This document shows positions 19,463-29,402 of a DNA stretch of 64,000 nucleotides, one piece after another. The stretch's first letter is position 1. Each line of letters begins with the position of its first letter. The position numbers and the translations under genes are program-made. The notes under the pieces are model-generated. The model had not been told where the DNA came from. It was given only the letters and a program-made list of their open reading frames with translations, and did not search any database. The DNA is from a virus: positions 16,292 through 80,291 of the IMG/VR virus record IMGVR_UViG_3300031576_000026; one strand, written 5' to 3'.

Positions 19463-19699
19463 ATGGCAAGGATTGTATTAGTGATTAATAGTAGTAAAGA
19501 ATCTATAAATCAGTTAAACGAGAAGGTTATCAACGCTAGTGGTAATCCACACGAAGGTATTGTAAAATGTCGTAATTATTTAGATTCTCTTCTAGCTGGT
19601 GCTGTGGATGCTAGCGTTCAAGCAACGACTCGGGACACAGATCCAGCAGTTGCTACTTCTGGTTCGGGATCAGCTCAGAGAACATACGATTTATCATAA
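19463..19699 (+). CDS. Small virion-associated hypothetical protein
   Basis: AGGAG RBS, 78 aa. Confidence 0.6.
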   Translation: MARIVLVINSSKESINQLNEKVINASGNPHEGIVKCRNYLDSLLAGAVDASVQATTRDTDPAVATSGSGSAQRTYDLS

Positions 19700-19711
19700 T
19701 AAGAGGTAAGT

Positions 19712-20131
19712 ATGCCACATATGTATGAAAAAATGGCTAGAATGGCCTCTAAGAAAAAAAATAAAGAACCCATGTCTGATATGGAAAAGAAGGCTAAAAT
19801 GGGAGTTCTTGGTTCTCTTAGAGATGAAATGTCTGGCATGATGAGCGATAAACTTAAATCTCTAAAAAAGGTTAGTGTTGCTTCTGATACTAAAGAAGGA
19901 CTCAAAAAAGGTTTAGAAAAAGCAGAAGAGATGGTTGAAAGGGCTCCCGGTGATGAAGAAACAAAAGAAGAAGTGCCGATGGGTGAAGCGGGAGAATCAG
20001 AAGAAGAATATGAAGCCATGTCTAAAGAAGAGTTAGATTCTGAAATTAAAGAGATGGAAGCACACCTCGAAGGATTAAAAAAGCTAAGAGAGAAAAAATC
20101 CGATAATTCATCTCCTAAGATGAACTATTAA
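19712..20131 (+). CDS. Highly charged hypothetical protein
   Basis: GAGG RBS; K/E/M-rich. Confidence 0.6.
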   Translation: MPHMYEKMARMASKKKNKEPMSDMEKKAKMGVLGSLRDEMSGMMSDKLKSLKKVSVASDTKEGLKKGLEKAEEMVERAPGDEETKEEVPMGEAGESEEEYEAMSKEELDSEIKEMEAHLEGLKKLREKKSDNSSPKMNY

Positions 20132-20154
20132 AATTGCCATAGAAGGAGATTTTT

Positions 20155-21369
20155 ATGGCAACGCCTTGGATGACTAGTGATGATTTAGTCGCTGCAGTCA
20201 AAAGAAAAATATCATTTCCCTCATCTCAAAGTACCTTCACTGATACTGAAATATTAGCATTTGCTAATGAAGAAATGGCTATATCCCAAGTTCCTGCAGT
20301 AATGTCTTTTCATGAAGAATACTTCGTCACAACAACAAAAGTTACTATAGAATCCAATAAAAATCGATATCCCATCCCAGAAAGAGCTATTGGGATGAAG
20401 TTAAGAGACTTATTCTGGGAAGATGATAATGGCAATATATTCGAAATGACTAAAGTCTCTGAAGAAGATAGAGCATTTTTTCAAAGAAATATCGGTGCAA
20501 ATCAAGCCATTCATAAATATCTTATGGAAGGCAATGATATTATTTTAACTCCTCTTGTCCTATCTCAACCAACCGGCAAATTATTATTTGTTTATTTTTT
20601 GAGACCAAACCAATTAGTATCGAATAACAAAGCGGCTATTATATCTTCTTTTGGAAGAACTATAACCGTTGATAATACATCTTTAGTGGCTGGTAATACT
20701 GTAACTATAAATTCTACAGTTTTTACTGCTGTTGGTGCTGCTCCAACCGGGAATCAATTTTTAATAGGCGGGACTTCGGCGATTACAGCAACCAATTTAA
20801 ACACTGTAATTAATGTTAGTGGAGTGGTTGCCTCTGCTATTTCTGGTACAGTCCTTACCCTAACCTTTAGCAATAGAAACTTAGAGACAACTACTACTAA
20901 TAGTTCTGCTTTTGTAATATCTTCTCTGAAGATAAATTTTTCCAGCATTCCGATTAATATTACAAATGGATCAATAATTGACTTTCTACAAACTAGGCCG
21001 GGTCATAAAACCATGGCATTTTCGGTCTCTATCCCTAGTTCTGGAGTTTCTGGCAATACTATATCTTTCACAGAAAGTGATATACCAGCAGATTTAATAG
21101 TTGGTGATTACATTGCTTCAGAGAATGAATGTATTATACCACAAATTCCCAGTGATTTACACAATGGTCTTGCAGAAAGATCATCTGCTCGAATATTAGC
21201 TGCGTTAGGTGATAGAGAAGGGCTTCAAGTCAGTATAGCGAAAATACAGGAGATCGCTGCAGCAGAAGGACCATTGTTAGATAATAGAGTTGAAGGATCT
21301 CCTATTAAAATTACGAGTAGACATTCTCTATTGAGATATAATAAAAGTTCGGTTAAAAGACGTATATAA
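20155..21369 (+). CDS. Head-tail adaptor (tail tubular protein A-like) with inserted beta domain
   Basis: TSDDLVAAVKRKI...EILAFANE N-terminal helices, YPIP, IPxxLHxxL helical C-terminus; precedes nozzle-like gene. Confidence 0.6.
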   Translation: MATPWMTSDDLVAAVKRKISFPSSQSTFTDTEILAFANEEMAISQVPAVMSFHEEYFVTTTKVTIESNKNRYPIPERAIGMKLRDLFWEDDNGNIFEMTKVSEEDRAFFQRNIGANQAIHKYLMEGNDIILTPLVLSQPTGKLLFVYFLRPNQLVSNNKAAIISSFGRTITVDNTSLVAGNTVTINSTVFTAVGAAPTGNQFLIGGTSAITATNLNTVINVSGVVASAISGTVLTLTFSNRNLETTTTNSSAFVISSLKINFSSIPINITNGSIIDFLQTRPGHKTMAFSVSIPSSGVSGNTISFTESDIPADLIVGDYIASENECIIPQIPSDLHNGLAERSSARILAALGDREGLQVSIAKIQEIAAAEGPLLDNRVEGSPIKITSRHSLLRYNKSSVKRRI

Positions 21370-21391
21370 TGTATGTATTTGAGAGAACTTA

Positions 21392-24300
21392 ATGCCTTCT
21401 TCAATTCTAATAAAAGCTGCCGGATTAGACACATCGTCCAATTCTTTAAGCACCCCAGATGGAAGTCTATCTAAAGCTTCCAATGTTATTATTTTCAGAG
21501 ATAATGTAGTCGAATCTCGCAGGGGATTCAAAATTTACGGAAATAACTTCGGCACATCTACAGATAGAGCCAAGCAATTAGTCGTATATCGCGATAGAAT
21601 ATTAAGACATTATACTAATAAACTACAATTTGATAATGGTGGTGTTTTTACTGATTTTAGTGGAACCTTTAATGAAACTGAAACTGGGTTAAGAATAAAA
21701 AGTATACAAGCCAATGGTAATTTTTATTTCACAACAGATGAGGGAATTAAAAAAATATCAGCCACATCTGGATCTGAATTAACATCAAGTTCTGGGTATA
21801 TCATTGCTTCTGGTGGTGTAAAGGCTATTGATTTTCAAGCTAGAGTAAAAACCACTAGTGGTACACAGAGTGCTTTTTTTACACAAGATAGTACAGTGGC
21901 TTATAGGCATGTTTGGGGAATAATTGATGCCAATTCTAACCTTATATTAGGCTCTCCCAGTCAAAGAGTTGAAGTATTTAATACTCTATTAAATCTAATG
22001 CTCCGGGATCATATGAGGCTTTTGGGAGCTTTAGATGATATATCTGTTCAATCTGGAAGTATCATAAATGATGCAAATTATATAAGTTCTTTGGGATTAT
22101 CCAATACGGCATCTGCTTCTGATTTAAGAAGTAAATTAATAAGTTTAGCTGAGAAATTAGATAAAGAAAGGGGTACATTAGCTGGAACGGCTGATATAGA
22201 TACAGCAACTATTGCGAGTGGGGTTTGCACTATTGATTTCGCTGCGGCATTTTTTCCAAATAGACAATTTGAAGTTGGAGATAAAATATTTTTAAGTGGA
22301 TTTACTCCAGCTAGTGGTACTTTGGATGGAGTACAAACTGTTATTTCAGTGGATTTAGGATCGGGTGCTTCCGTCATCAAATTCAATACTACAGCTAGTG
22401 GTGCAGTAACTTTAAGTAGTGAAAGTATTGAATCTGGTTGGTTTAGATCAATAACTCAACCTTCAATTCCTAGTACAGTTCCCACAGATCAAGAATTAGT
22501 TTCACTACAAACTTATATTAGCAATATCATAATAGAACTACAATCTTCTCGACACTTGAGAAGAATAGCTAAAAATGATGGGTCTGCTACCGCTTCTCCT
22601 TTAGAATTAGATGAAGCCGGATCAAGTATTGCTGCAGCTAATGCTGTTACAATAGCTATTGTTGCTCCGGGTGATGTTGGAAATTTTTTATCCACTGGTG
22701 ATAAAATATTTTTAAGTGGAACCTGGAAAGACTCATTAGCTGTTTCATTTGCTGGAGTTCAAACTATAACCGGAACTACAGCAACAACATTTTCTTTTAC
22801 GCATCCAGGGTCTGCATTAGCTATAGGAGCAGTAGATTTAGATACTGATTCTACTACAGATCGTATATTACGTTTCACTTCTGCAACTAAATCTACTTAC
22901 ATCGATCCATTAGAAATTACAACAACAACAACTGTTCTATTAGATATTGCCATTCCTCAAGACATAACAACTAGTCATTTTCTTCAAATATATAGAACTG
23001 TAGTTAGCTCTGCTACTGGAGCTGTTATTTTATCAGATTTAAATGCTGGTGATGAAATGCGGCTCGTATATGAAGCATTTCCCACTCAAACGGAAATAGA
23101 TACTAAGTTAATGATAGTTGAGGATATTGTACCAGATACACTTCGTGATGGTGGAACTAATCTTTATACTAACTCTATTAGTGGAGAAGGCATTCTACAG
23201 GCTAATGATATACCACCTTTCGCTAAAGATATCAATCGTTTTAAAAATGTTTTATTCTATGCTAATACAAGAACAAGACATCGAAGAGATTTAGCACTAT
23301 TAGGCGTTTCCACTATGATTGATCTTTTTACTAGTGGAACTACGCCAAAAATTAATATAACGGATGGCTCTAATCATCATACTTATGATTTTGTAACTGG
23401 GATTAAAGAAGTTACATCATTAGCTTGTGGTGATTCTTCTATGTTATCAGGAGCGGGAGCTTCTTCATATTTTTTAATTAATTCAGCAAATAATATTAAT
23501 AAATATTACGTCTGGTATAAAAAAGATAGTTCAACAGATCCAGGAGTGGCTGGTAGAACAGGAATTCTAGTCGATTTAACCGATATTGATGGTAGTGGTA
23601 CGGCGTCTGCTTCAGTAATAGCCTCTAGAACGAGAGATAAAATCAATTCATTGGCTTTATTTGATTTCACTGCAACATCCAGTGGTTCTAATGTGACCAT
23701 TACAAATGTAGATGTTGGTTATACAGATGATTCTAATATAGGAACACTTCCAGGTTCTTTCACAATAACGACAACTACTCAAGGGAGAGGAGAAAGATCT
23801 ACACAGGAAATAACTAGTATTACCTGTGTAGCGGATGTTGCGGATAGCTTAAATGGTAAATATTTTAATATTAATACCGCATTCAATAGGGATTTATTTT
23901 ATGTCTTCTATAAGACAAGCGCCGCTTTAAGTGATCCAGCTCCAGCTGGAAGAACAGGCATACAAGTTAATATTGCAACAGGGGCTTCTGCAACTGCAGT
24001 CGCCACAGCCACAAAAGATGCTTTAAATGCATTATCTAATAAATTTATTGCTAGTAGTGTCGGAGCTATATTAACCGTAAAAAATTTCGACTTTGGGCCA
24101 GCAATTGATGCAACCCCTGAAACTAGCGGATTTACTATTTCTATTACTCAACAGGGAGCCTTAGAAGTTTTATTATCTTCTTTAGTATCCATAGCTCAAG
24201 CCATAGATGAAACAGCCAGAAGTCTTGTACGAATAGTAAATAGGAACGAACGTGAAGTATCTTATGGATTTTACTTATCTGGCCCTGCCGATACTCCAGG

Positions 24301-26398
24301 TAAAATGCTTCTAGAAAGAAAAACTCTTAGTTCTACACCTTTCTATCTTTTAGCTAATCATGCCACAACAGGATTTGCCTTTAGCCCAGATTTATCTCCA
24401 GAATCAGGTAAAACTATAACAGCCATCAGTGTTGCTAATCCTACTATGGTAACAATAGCTACTGTCCATGGCTTATTAGATGGTGATCAAGTAGTTATTA
24501 GTGGAAGTGACTCATTACCGAATATCGATGGCTTATATATAATATCTGAAGTCACACCCACAACTTTTAAAATTCAAGTAAATGTTAGAGTCGCTGGAAC
24601 TACGGGGGCAATTAGAAAAGCAACCTTAGCTGAAGTTTCAAATAATGAAATAAAGGTGAATAGAATATACTTTTCTAAATTCCAGCAACCAGAAGCAGTT
24701 CCTGTTGTAAATACTATGGATGTGGGTTCGGAAAATAAAGCAATTCTGCGCATATTTCCGTTAAGAGATAGTTTATTCGTTTTCAAAGAGGATGGGTTAT
24801 TTAGAATTTCGGGTGAAATTTCACCTTTTATAACTTCTTTATTTGATAGTTCTTATACTTTAATAGCATCAGATTCGGTTGATGTCTCAAATAATCAAGT
24901 ATATGGATGGACAGATCAAGGAATTAGTATGGTTTCCGAAGCAGGAACTAATATTATCTCAAGATCCATTGATGTTGATGTTCTTCCAAAGGCTCTTTTC
25001 CCCAATTTTGAAACAGCTACTTGGGGCGTGGGATATGAATCTGATAATGCTTATATCGTTTGGACTTTAGAAAAATCAACTGATACTGTGGCTAAATTTG
25101 GTTTTCGTTATAATACTTTAACAAATACTTGGACGACAATAGATAAAAGTAATACATGTGGGGTTGTAAATCTTACGGATGGTAAATTATATCTAGGGGC
25201 TGGTGATATTAATTTTATCGAACAAGAAAGAAAAGATTTTTTAAGAAGTGATTATGCAGATAGAGAATTCTCTTCTTCATTACTATCCAGTGGACACTAT
25301 ATTTCTGGGGGAGAAAAAATCCTATTAACAGATGTATCTAATTTTCAAAAAGGTGACGTATTATTCCAGGAGCAATTTTTAACAGTTTTTGAATTTAACT
25401 TACTTTTAAAGAAATTGGATTTGGATAGTTTGGGAGATAGTGATTATTTTAGTCTTTTGCAGGCATCGGGTGGTAGTGACTTGAGGGATAAATTAGCAAA
25501 TACCGATCCGACAAAAGGATTGGCTAAAAAGTTAGATGCTGATTCAGTTGTTTTCGATACAGATTATTTCTCTAAAATCGACACAAAGACAGGAATAGTC
25601 TCCAGTAATACCGCTACTAATCCAACAGTTATTACAACTGGTGCTCCACATGGGTTAATAAGTGATCGAATTGTTACTATTTCAGGAACGAACGCTGTTC
25701 CCTCTATTGATGGGACACATGTTGTGACGGTTATTAGTCCCACAACTTTTTCTATTCCAGTTAGCGTTTTGACACCTACATCTGTTGTGGGGGCATTTAC
25801 TACTATAGATAGTGATTTTAGGGATATAAAGGCTTGTTATAATTTCATAGCATCAAAACTTAATGGCGATACGGGTGTTACTTTTAGTAATTATTCTCAG
25901 GTTGATACCGTATCCATTCAAGAAGCAGTGATTACGAATGTGAATAAAAATACCAAAGAAATCACATTAGATGTAAAACTTCCATACATCGTTGGCCCAT
26001 TAACCATTTTTAAAGCCATAAAAACAGAGATTATTTATAATCCAAATACAATGGGAGATCCATTAGGATTAAAGCATTTAAGAGAAGCAACCTTAATGTT
26101 TGAAGATAGAACCTTTACTAATGCCACAATTAGCTTTGCCACAGATTTGTTTCCCTCTTTCGTTGATGTCGCTATAAATGGCCTTGGTGGGGGTTTATTT
26201 GGTCACCAGTCGTTTGGTGATAATTTTTTCGGTGGAAGGGGTAACTCAGCACCCTTTCGTACCTATATACCAAGAAATTGCCAAAGATGCCGATTTCTAT
26301 TAGTAAAATTCGTACATATGATAGCCAGAGAGAAATATTCTATTTTAGCACATTCTATTACGGGGGAGATTGGACAAAGTTCAAGAGCTTATCGCTAA
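21392..26398 (+). CDS. Large tail nozzle/stabilisation protein (tubular B / P22 gp10-like) with multiple inserted domains
   Basis: KASNV...SRRGF N-terminus, RIYFSK..PE...LFVFKEDG propeller motifs, repeated ANPTxVT..HGLxxGDxVxISG (FCCH-like) inserts. Confidence 0.7.
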   Translation: MPSSILIKAAGLDTSSNSLSTPDGSLSKASNVIIFRDNVVESRRGFKIYGNNFGTSTDRAKQLVVYRDRILRHYTNKLQFDNGGVFTDFSGTFNETETGLRIKSIQANGNFYFTTDEGIKKISATSGSELTSSSGYIIASGGVKAIDFQARVKTTSGTQSAFFTQDSTVAYRHVWGIIDANSNLILGSPSQRVEVFNTLLNLMLRDHMRLLGALDDISVQSGSIINDANYISSLGLSNTASASDLRSKLISLAEKLDKERGTLAGTADIDTATIASGVCTIDFAAAFFPNRQFEVGDKIFLSGFTPASGTLDGVQTVISVDLGSGASVIKFNTTASGAVTLSSESIESGWFRSITQPSIPSTVPTDQELVSLQTYISNIIIELQSSRHLRRIAKNDGSATASPLELDEAGSSIAAANAVTIAIVAPGDVGNFLSTGDKIFLSGTWKDSLAVSFAGVQTITGTTATTFSFTHPGSALAIGAVDLDTDSTTDRILRFTSATKSTYIDPLEITTTTTVLLDIAIPQDITTSHFLQIYRTVVSSATGAVILSDLNAGDEMRLVYEAFPTQTEIDTKLMIVEDIVPDTLRDGGTNLYTNSISGEGILQANDIPPFAKDINRFKNVLFYANTRTRHRRDLALLGVSTMIDLFTSGTTPKINITDGSNHHTYDFVTGIKEVTSLACGDSSMLSGAGASSYFLINSANNINKYYVWYKKDSSTDPGVAGRTGILVDLTDIDGSGTASASVIASRTRDKINSLALFDFTATSSGSNVTITNVDVGYTDDSNIGTLPGSFTITTTTQGRGERSTQEITSITCVADVADSLNGKYFNINTAFNRDLFYVFYKTSAALSDPAPAGRTGIQVNIATGASATAVATATKDALNALSNKFIASSVGAILTVKNFDFGPAIDATPETSGFTISITQQGALEVLLSSLVSIAQAIDETARSLVRIVNRNEREVSYGFYLSGPADTPGKMLLERKTLSSTPFYLLANHATTGFAFSPDLSPESGKTITAISVANPTMVTIATVHGLLDGDQVVISGSDSLPNIDGLYIISEVTPTTFKIQVNVRVAGTTGAIRKATLAEVSNNEIKVNRIYFSKFQQPEAVPVVNTMDVGSENKAILRIFPLRDSLFVFKEDGLFRISGEISPFITSLFDSSYTLIASDSVDVSNNQVYGWTDQGISMVSEAGTNIISRSIDVDVLPKALFPNFETATWGVGYESDNAYIVWTLEKSTDTVAKFGFRYNTLTNTWTTIDKSNTCGVVNLTDGKLYLGAGDINFIEQERKDFLRSDYADREFSSSLLSSGHYISGGEKILLTDVSNFQKGDVLFQEQFLTVFEFNLLLKKLDLDSLGDSDYFSLLQASGGSDLRDKLANTDPTKGLAKKLDADSVVFDTDYFSKIDTKTGIVSSNTATNPTVITTGAPHGLISDRIVTISGTNAVPSIDGTHVVTVISPTTFSIPVSVLTPTSVVGAFTTIDSDFRDIKACYNFIASKLNGDTGVTFSNYSQVDTVSIQEAVITNVNKNTKEITLDVKLPYIVGPLTIFKAIKTEIIYNPNTMGDPLGLKHLREATLMFEDRTFTNATISFATDLFPSFVDVAINGLGGGLFGHQSFGDNFFGGRGNSAPFRTYIPRNCQRCRFLLVKFVHMIAREKYSILAHSITGEIGQSSRAYR

Positions 26399-26413
26399 TA
26401 ATACCAATTATTT

Positions 26414-26827
26414 ATGTCTAAACTTCCCTCATTTAGAAGAATATTTAAAACAGACTTTCAGGCAGAATTTCAGAATATGATAGAAACCCTATCAAATAAT
26501 CTAAATAATGGTATAGAAGTCTTATATGATGCCCTTAATAAAAAGATTTCTTTAAGAGATAATATTCAGTGTGACGTTAAAGATATCGAAGTTACTGTTA
26601 GTAGTACGGGTATTCCGAAAATCGCAACGAGTTTTTTATTAACTAATATAACTAAAGCTGAAGGCTTATCGGTTATTAGAGCTATGAATTTAGATAATTC
26701 ATCCGGTTTTCCGACGAATGGTGTTTTTATCACGTTTACACAAAGCACAAATAATATAATTATTAATCATATTACAGGTTTAGTTTCTGATAATCGATAT
26801 AGCCTTAGGGTAGTGGCTTTTGGTTAA
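26414..26827 (+). CDS. Putative tail protein
   Basis: Follows nozzle; helical N-terminus plus beta C-terminus. Confidence 0.5.
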   Translation: MSKLPSFRRIFKTDFQAEFQNMIETLSNNLNNGIEVLYDALNKKISLRDNIQCDVKDIEVTVSSTGIPKIATSFLLTNITKAEGLSVIRAMNLDNSSGFPTNGVFITFTQSTNNIIINHITGLVSDNRYSLRVVAFG

Positions 26828-26829
26828 TA

Positions 26830-26839
26830 TTAACAACTA
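26830..26839 (+). promoter_or_regulatory. Candidate late promoter motif TTAACAACTA (copy 5)
   Basis: Exact motif in a 25-bp gap before the ejection-protein block. Confidence 0.6.
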
Positions 26840-26852
26840 TTAATGAATTATT

Positions 26853-28163
26853 ATGCCTAATGGACAAAAACAAGTAGTTGCTCCTCCAATTTTAAGGACC
26901 AGACCACGTACCACTGGCTATGTTCCACTTCAGAGATTATTACAGGTTTCTCAACCCGGTAGATTGGGAGCTGAACTTGGTGGAAGAGTTATAGGTGAAG
27001 CTGCTCAAGAAAGAGAAAGATTAGGTGAGGAAGAGAGAAAATTTAGAGAAAGTCTTGAAAAAGAAAGACTGGGAACTGGGGCACAAGTAGCTGAAAGAGA
27101 AAGAATAATCGGAACTGCATTACAACGTCCTGGTGAAGTTGGAGAAGAACAGCAAAAATTATTTGAAAGATTTCGTGGTGGTGAATATAAAGGTCCGACT
27201 GAGTTAGCTGGAAGTGAGGAAGCTAGATCTAGAGCACAAGCATTAGAAAGATTGGGTGGTGGAATCGGAACTGAAGCAGGCAGAAGAGGACTATTAGAAA
27301 GATATGCTGCTAGACCAGGATATACATCAGGTCAAAAAGCATTGGATGTATTATTGCTAGGCCAAGCTCCTGAATTAGCTAAAGCTAGAGAAGCCACACG
27401 TGGATTAGCCGGAGAGGTTGGAAGGGGCACAGAACTTGCTAGGGGTCAAGCGGGACTAGCGACTAGACAAGCTCAAGAATTTGGCGGGGAGACTGGAAGA
27501 TTATTAGGAGAAAGAATATCTCAAATTAGGGGTGGTGTTGGACAAAGATTAACTGAAGCACAAAAAGAACGATCAGAGTTTGAAGCACTTAAAGGAGCTT
27601 TGGGACAAAAACAATTAACTGCCGAACAGGCTCGAAGGTTAGGATTATCTCCAGAAGGGCCTATTTATACTTGGGGATTAAGACCAGAAGAATTAATTCC
27701 TACTGTAGGAGCACCGCCAACAGAAGCTGCTGTTACAACAAGAGAAGAAGCAGCTCGTTTGGGTGCATTGGGAAAATTGACAGGAAGAGAGTTGGCTATA
27801 CCGACTGAGGGGTTAGAAACCTATCAAAGGGCTGAAATTCCAAAAGATATACTAAGTAGAATAGAGGCAGCGCGTCAAAGAGAGACTTCTAATATAACAG
27901 AGGCATTTAGACCTCCTCAGGAAATGACAAATTTACTGGATAGTATTGATCGTGATCTTCGGCAGGCCATACCTTATGGTACAGATTCTATTCAAAAAGC
28001 AGTTGATTATGTAAATAGTAGAGCGGCTACATGGGCTCAATTAGATCCGGGTGGTAGACAAGCATTAAGATATGCAGATTTAGCCCAAAAATTAAAAGGT
28101 GGTCTTGCTGGTTTAATAGAGCAAAGACGAGCAGCTGGTGGTGGAATAACAGTGAGAGGATAA
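26853..28163 (+). CDS. Putative internal virion/DNA ejection protein
   Basis: A/E/R/G/L-rich helical protein after tail genes, podovirus gene order. Confidence 0.55.
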   Translation: MPNGQKQVVAPPILRTRPRTTGYVPLQRLLQVSQPGRLGAELGGRVIGEAAQERERLGEEERKFRESLEKERLGTGAQVAERERIIGTALQRPGEVGEEQQKLFERFRGGEYKGPTELAGSEEARSRAQALERLGGGIGTEAGRRGLLERYAARPGYTSGQKALDVLLLGQAPELAKAREATRGLAGEVGRGTELARGQAGLATRQAQEFGGETGRLLGERISQIRGGVGQRLTEAQKERSEFEALKGALGQKQLTAEQARRLGLSPEGPIYTWGLRPEELIPTVGAPPTEAAVTTREEAARLGALGKLTGRELAIPTEGLETYQRAEIPKDILSRIEAARQRETSNITEAFRPPQEMTNLLDSIDRDLRQAIPYGTDSIQKAVDYVNSRAATWAQLDPGGRQALRYADLAQKLKGGLAGLIEQRRAAGGGITVRG

Positions 28164-28164
28164 T

Positions 28165-29397
28165 GTGGAATTAACAAATCAAATATTAAATTTCTTTCAT
28201 ACATTTAATAATTTAGATATTCAGTTTGCTATCGTTCCATGGATTATAGCAGGAGGAATAGCTGCTAATCTAGCTGGTAGTTTGATTGGTCATTTTGCTT
28301 CTGCTGGAGATAAAAGAAAAGCCGAACAAGCAATGGAAGAGGCTTTTAAAGAAATTGAAAATATTCAAGCTCCTCCCGATGAGTCCAAAGAAATTATATT
28401 AGAAAAATTTAGACAAATAGGTCTTTATACTCCAAAATTAGAAGCAGAAGTTGAAAAACAAGTCTCTAGAGTAGCTACAATACCAGAAGACACAAAGCTA
28501 CAAGAAGCTCGAAGAGAAGCATTAGAAGCATTAAGAGAAAGAGCAGTCACGGGTATAACTCCAGAAGAAAGAGCCCAACTAGGTCAATTAAGAAGGGAAG
28601 CTGCAGGTGCTGCACAAGCTAGGCGTCAACAAATTCTACAACAATTTGCCATGAGAGGGGCTGCTACTCCCGGACTAGAATTAGCTACACAACTACAAGC
28701 TGCTCAAGCTGGTGCAGAGCAAGAAGCTCAAGCAGGTGAAAGATTGGGTGCAATGGCTTCACAAAGAGCATTAGAAGCAATTTTAGGAAGAAGTCAATTA
28801 GCAGGTCAAATAGCTGGAGAAGAATTTGGTAGGGAGAGAACTAGACGTGGAGCACAGGAAGAAATAGAAAGATTTAATATTCAACAACAAATAGAAAGAC
28901 AAAGAAGAAATGTTGAAAGAGAAAATCAAGCAGCCGCTGCTAATTTAACTGAAGCTCAAAGAGTCCTTGATGCTAATGTTAATATGGGTAATGCTGAAAA
29001 AATTAGACAATCTCAAGAAAGAGTTAATTTTTGGAAAAACCAATTAACACAAACACAGGCTAAAGTGGCTGGGTTACAAGCCAAAGGGGCAGAATATTCT
29101 AAAAGGACAGGAGAAACTGCACAATTTTATGGGAAATTGGGAACATCAGTTGGAGCAGGAGCAGGACAGGTAGCTGGATATTTAGGCGACCAGCAATTAT
29201 TACAATCTTTAGGTTCAAAGACAGTAGCTCCTCAAACACGAGCACAAATACCCCCAACAAGAGAAATTCTCCCAGCCCCTAGAGGGATGGGTGGAATTAA
29301 ATTACCAGGCGCCGAAGAACCAATTCCAGAAGAAGTTAGTGGTTATGAGCCTTATAGTGGAATTCCTTTGGCACCAAGATTTCTTCCAAGAAGGTAA
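28165..29397 (+). CDS. Putative DNA ejection (pilot) protein
   Basis: N-terminal hydrophobic IIAGGIAANLAGSLIG segment, A/Q/E coiled coil. Confidence 0.6.
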   Translation: MELTNQILNFFHTFNNLDIQFAIVPWIIAGGIAANLAGSLIGHFASAGDKRKAEQAMEEAFKEIENIQAPPDESKEIILEKFRQIGLYTPKLEAEVEKQVSRVATIPEDTKLQEARREALEALRERAVTGITPEERAQLGQLRREAAGAAQARRQQILQQFAMRGAATPGLELATQLQAAQAGAEQEAQAGERLGAMASQRALEAILGRSQLAGQIAGEEFGRERTRRGAQEEIERFNIQQQIERQRRNVERENQAAAANLTEAQRVLDANVNMGNAEKIRQSQERVNFWKNQLTQTQAKVAGLQAKGAEYSKRTGETAQFYGKLGTSVGAGAGQVAGYLGDQQLLQSLGSKTVAPQTRAQIPPTREILPAPRGMGGIKLPGAEEPIPEEVSGYEPYSGIPLAPRFLPRR

Positions 29398-29402
29398 ATT
29401 AC

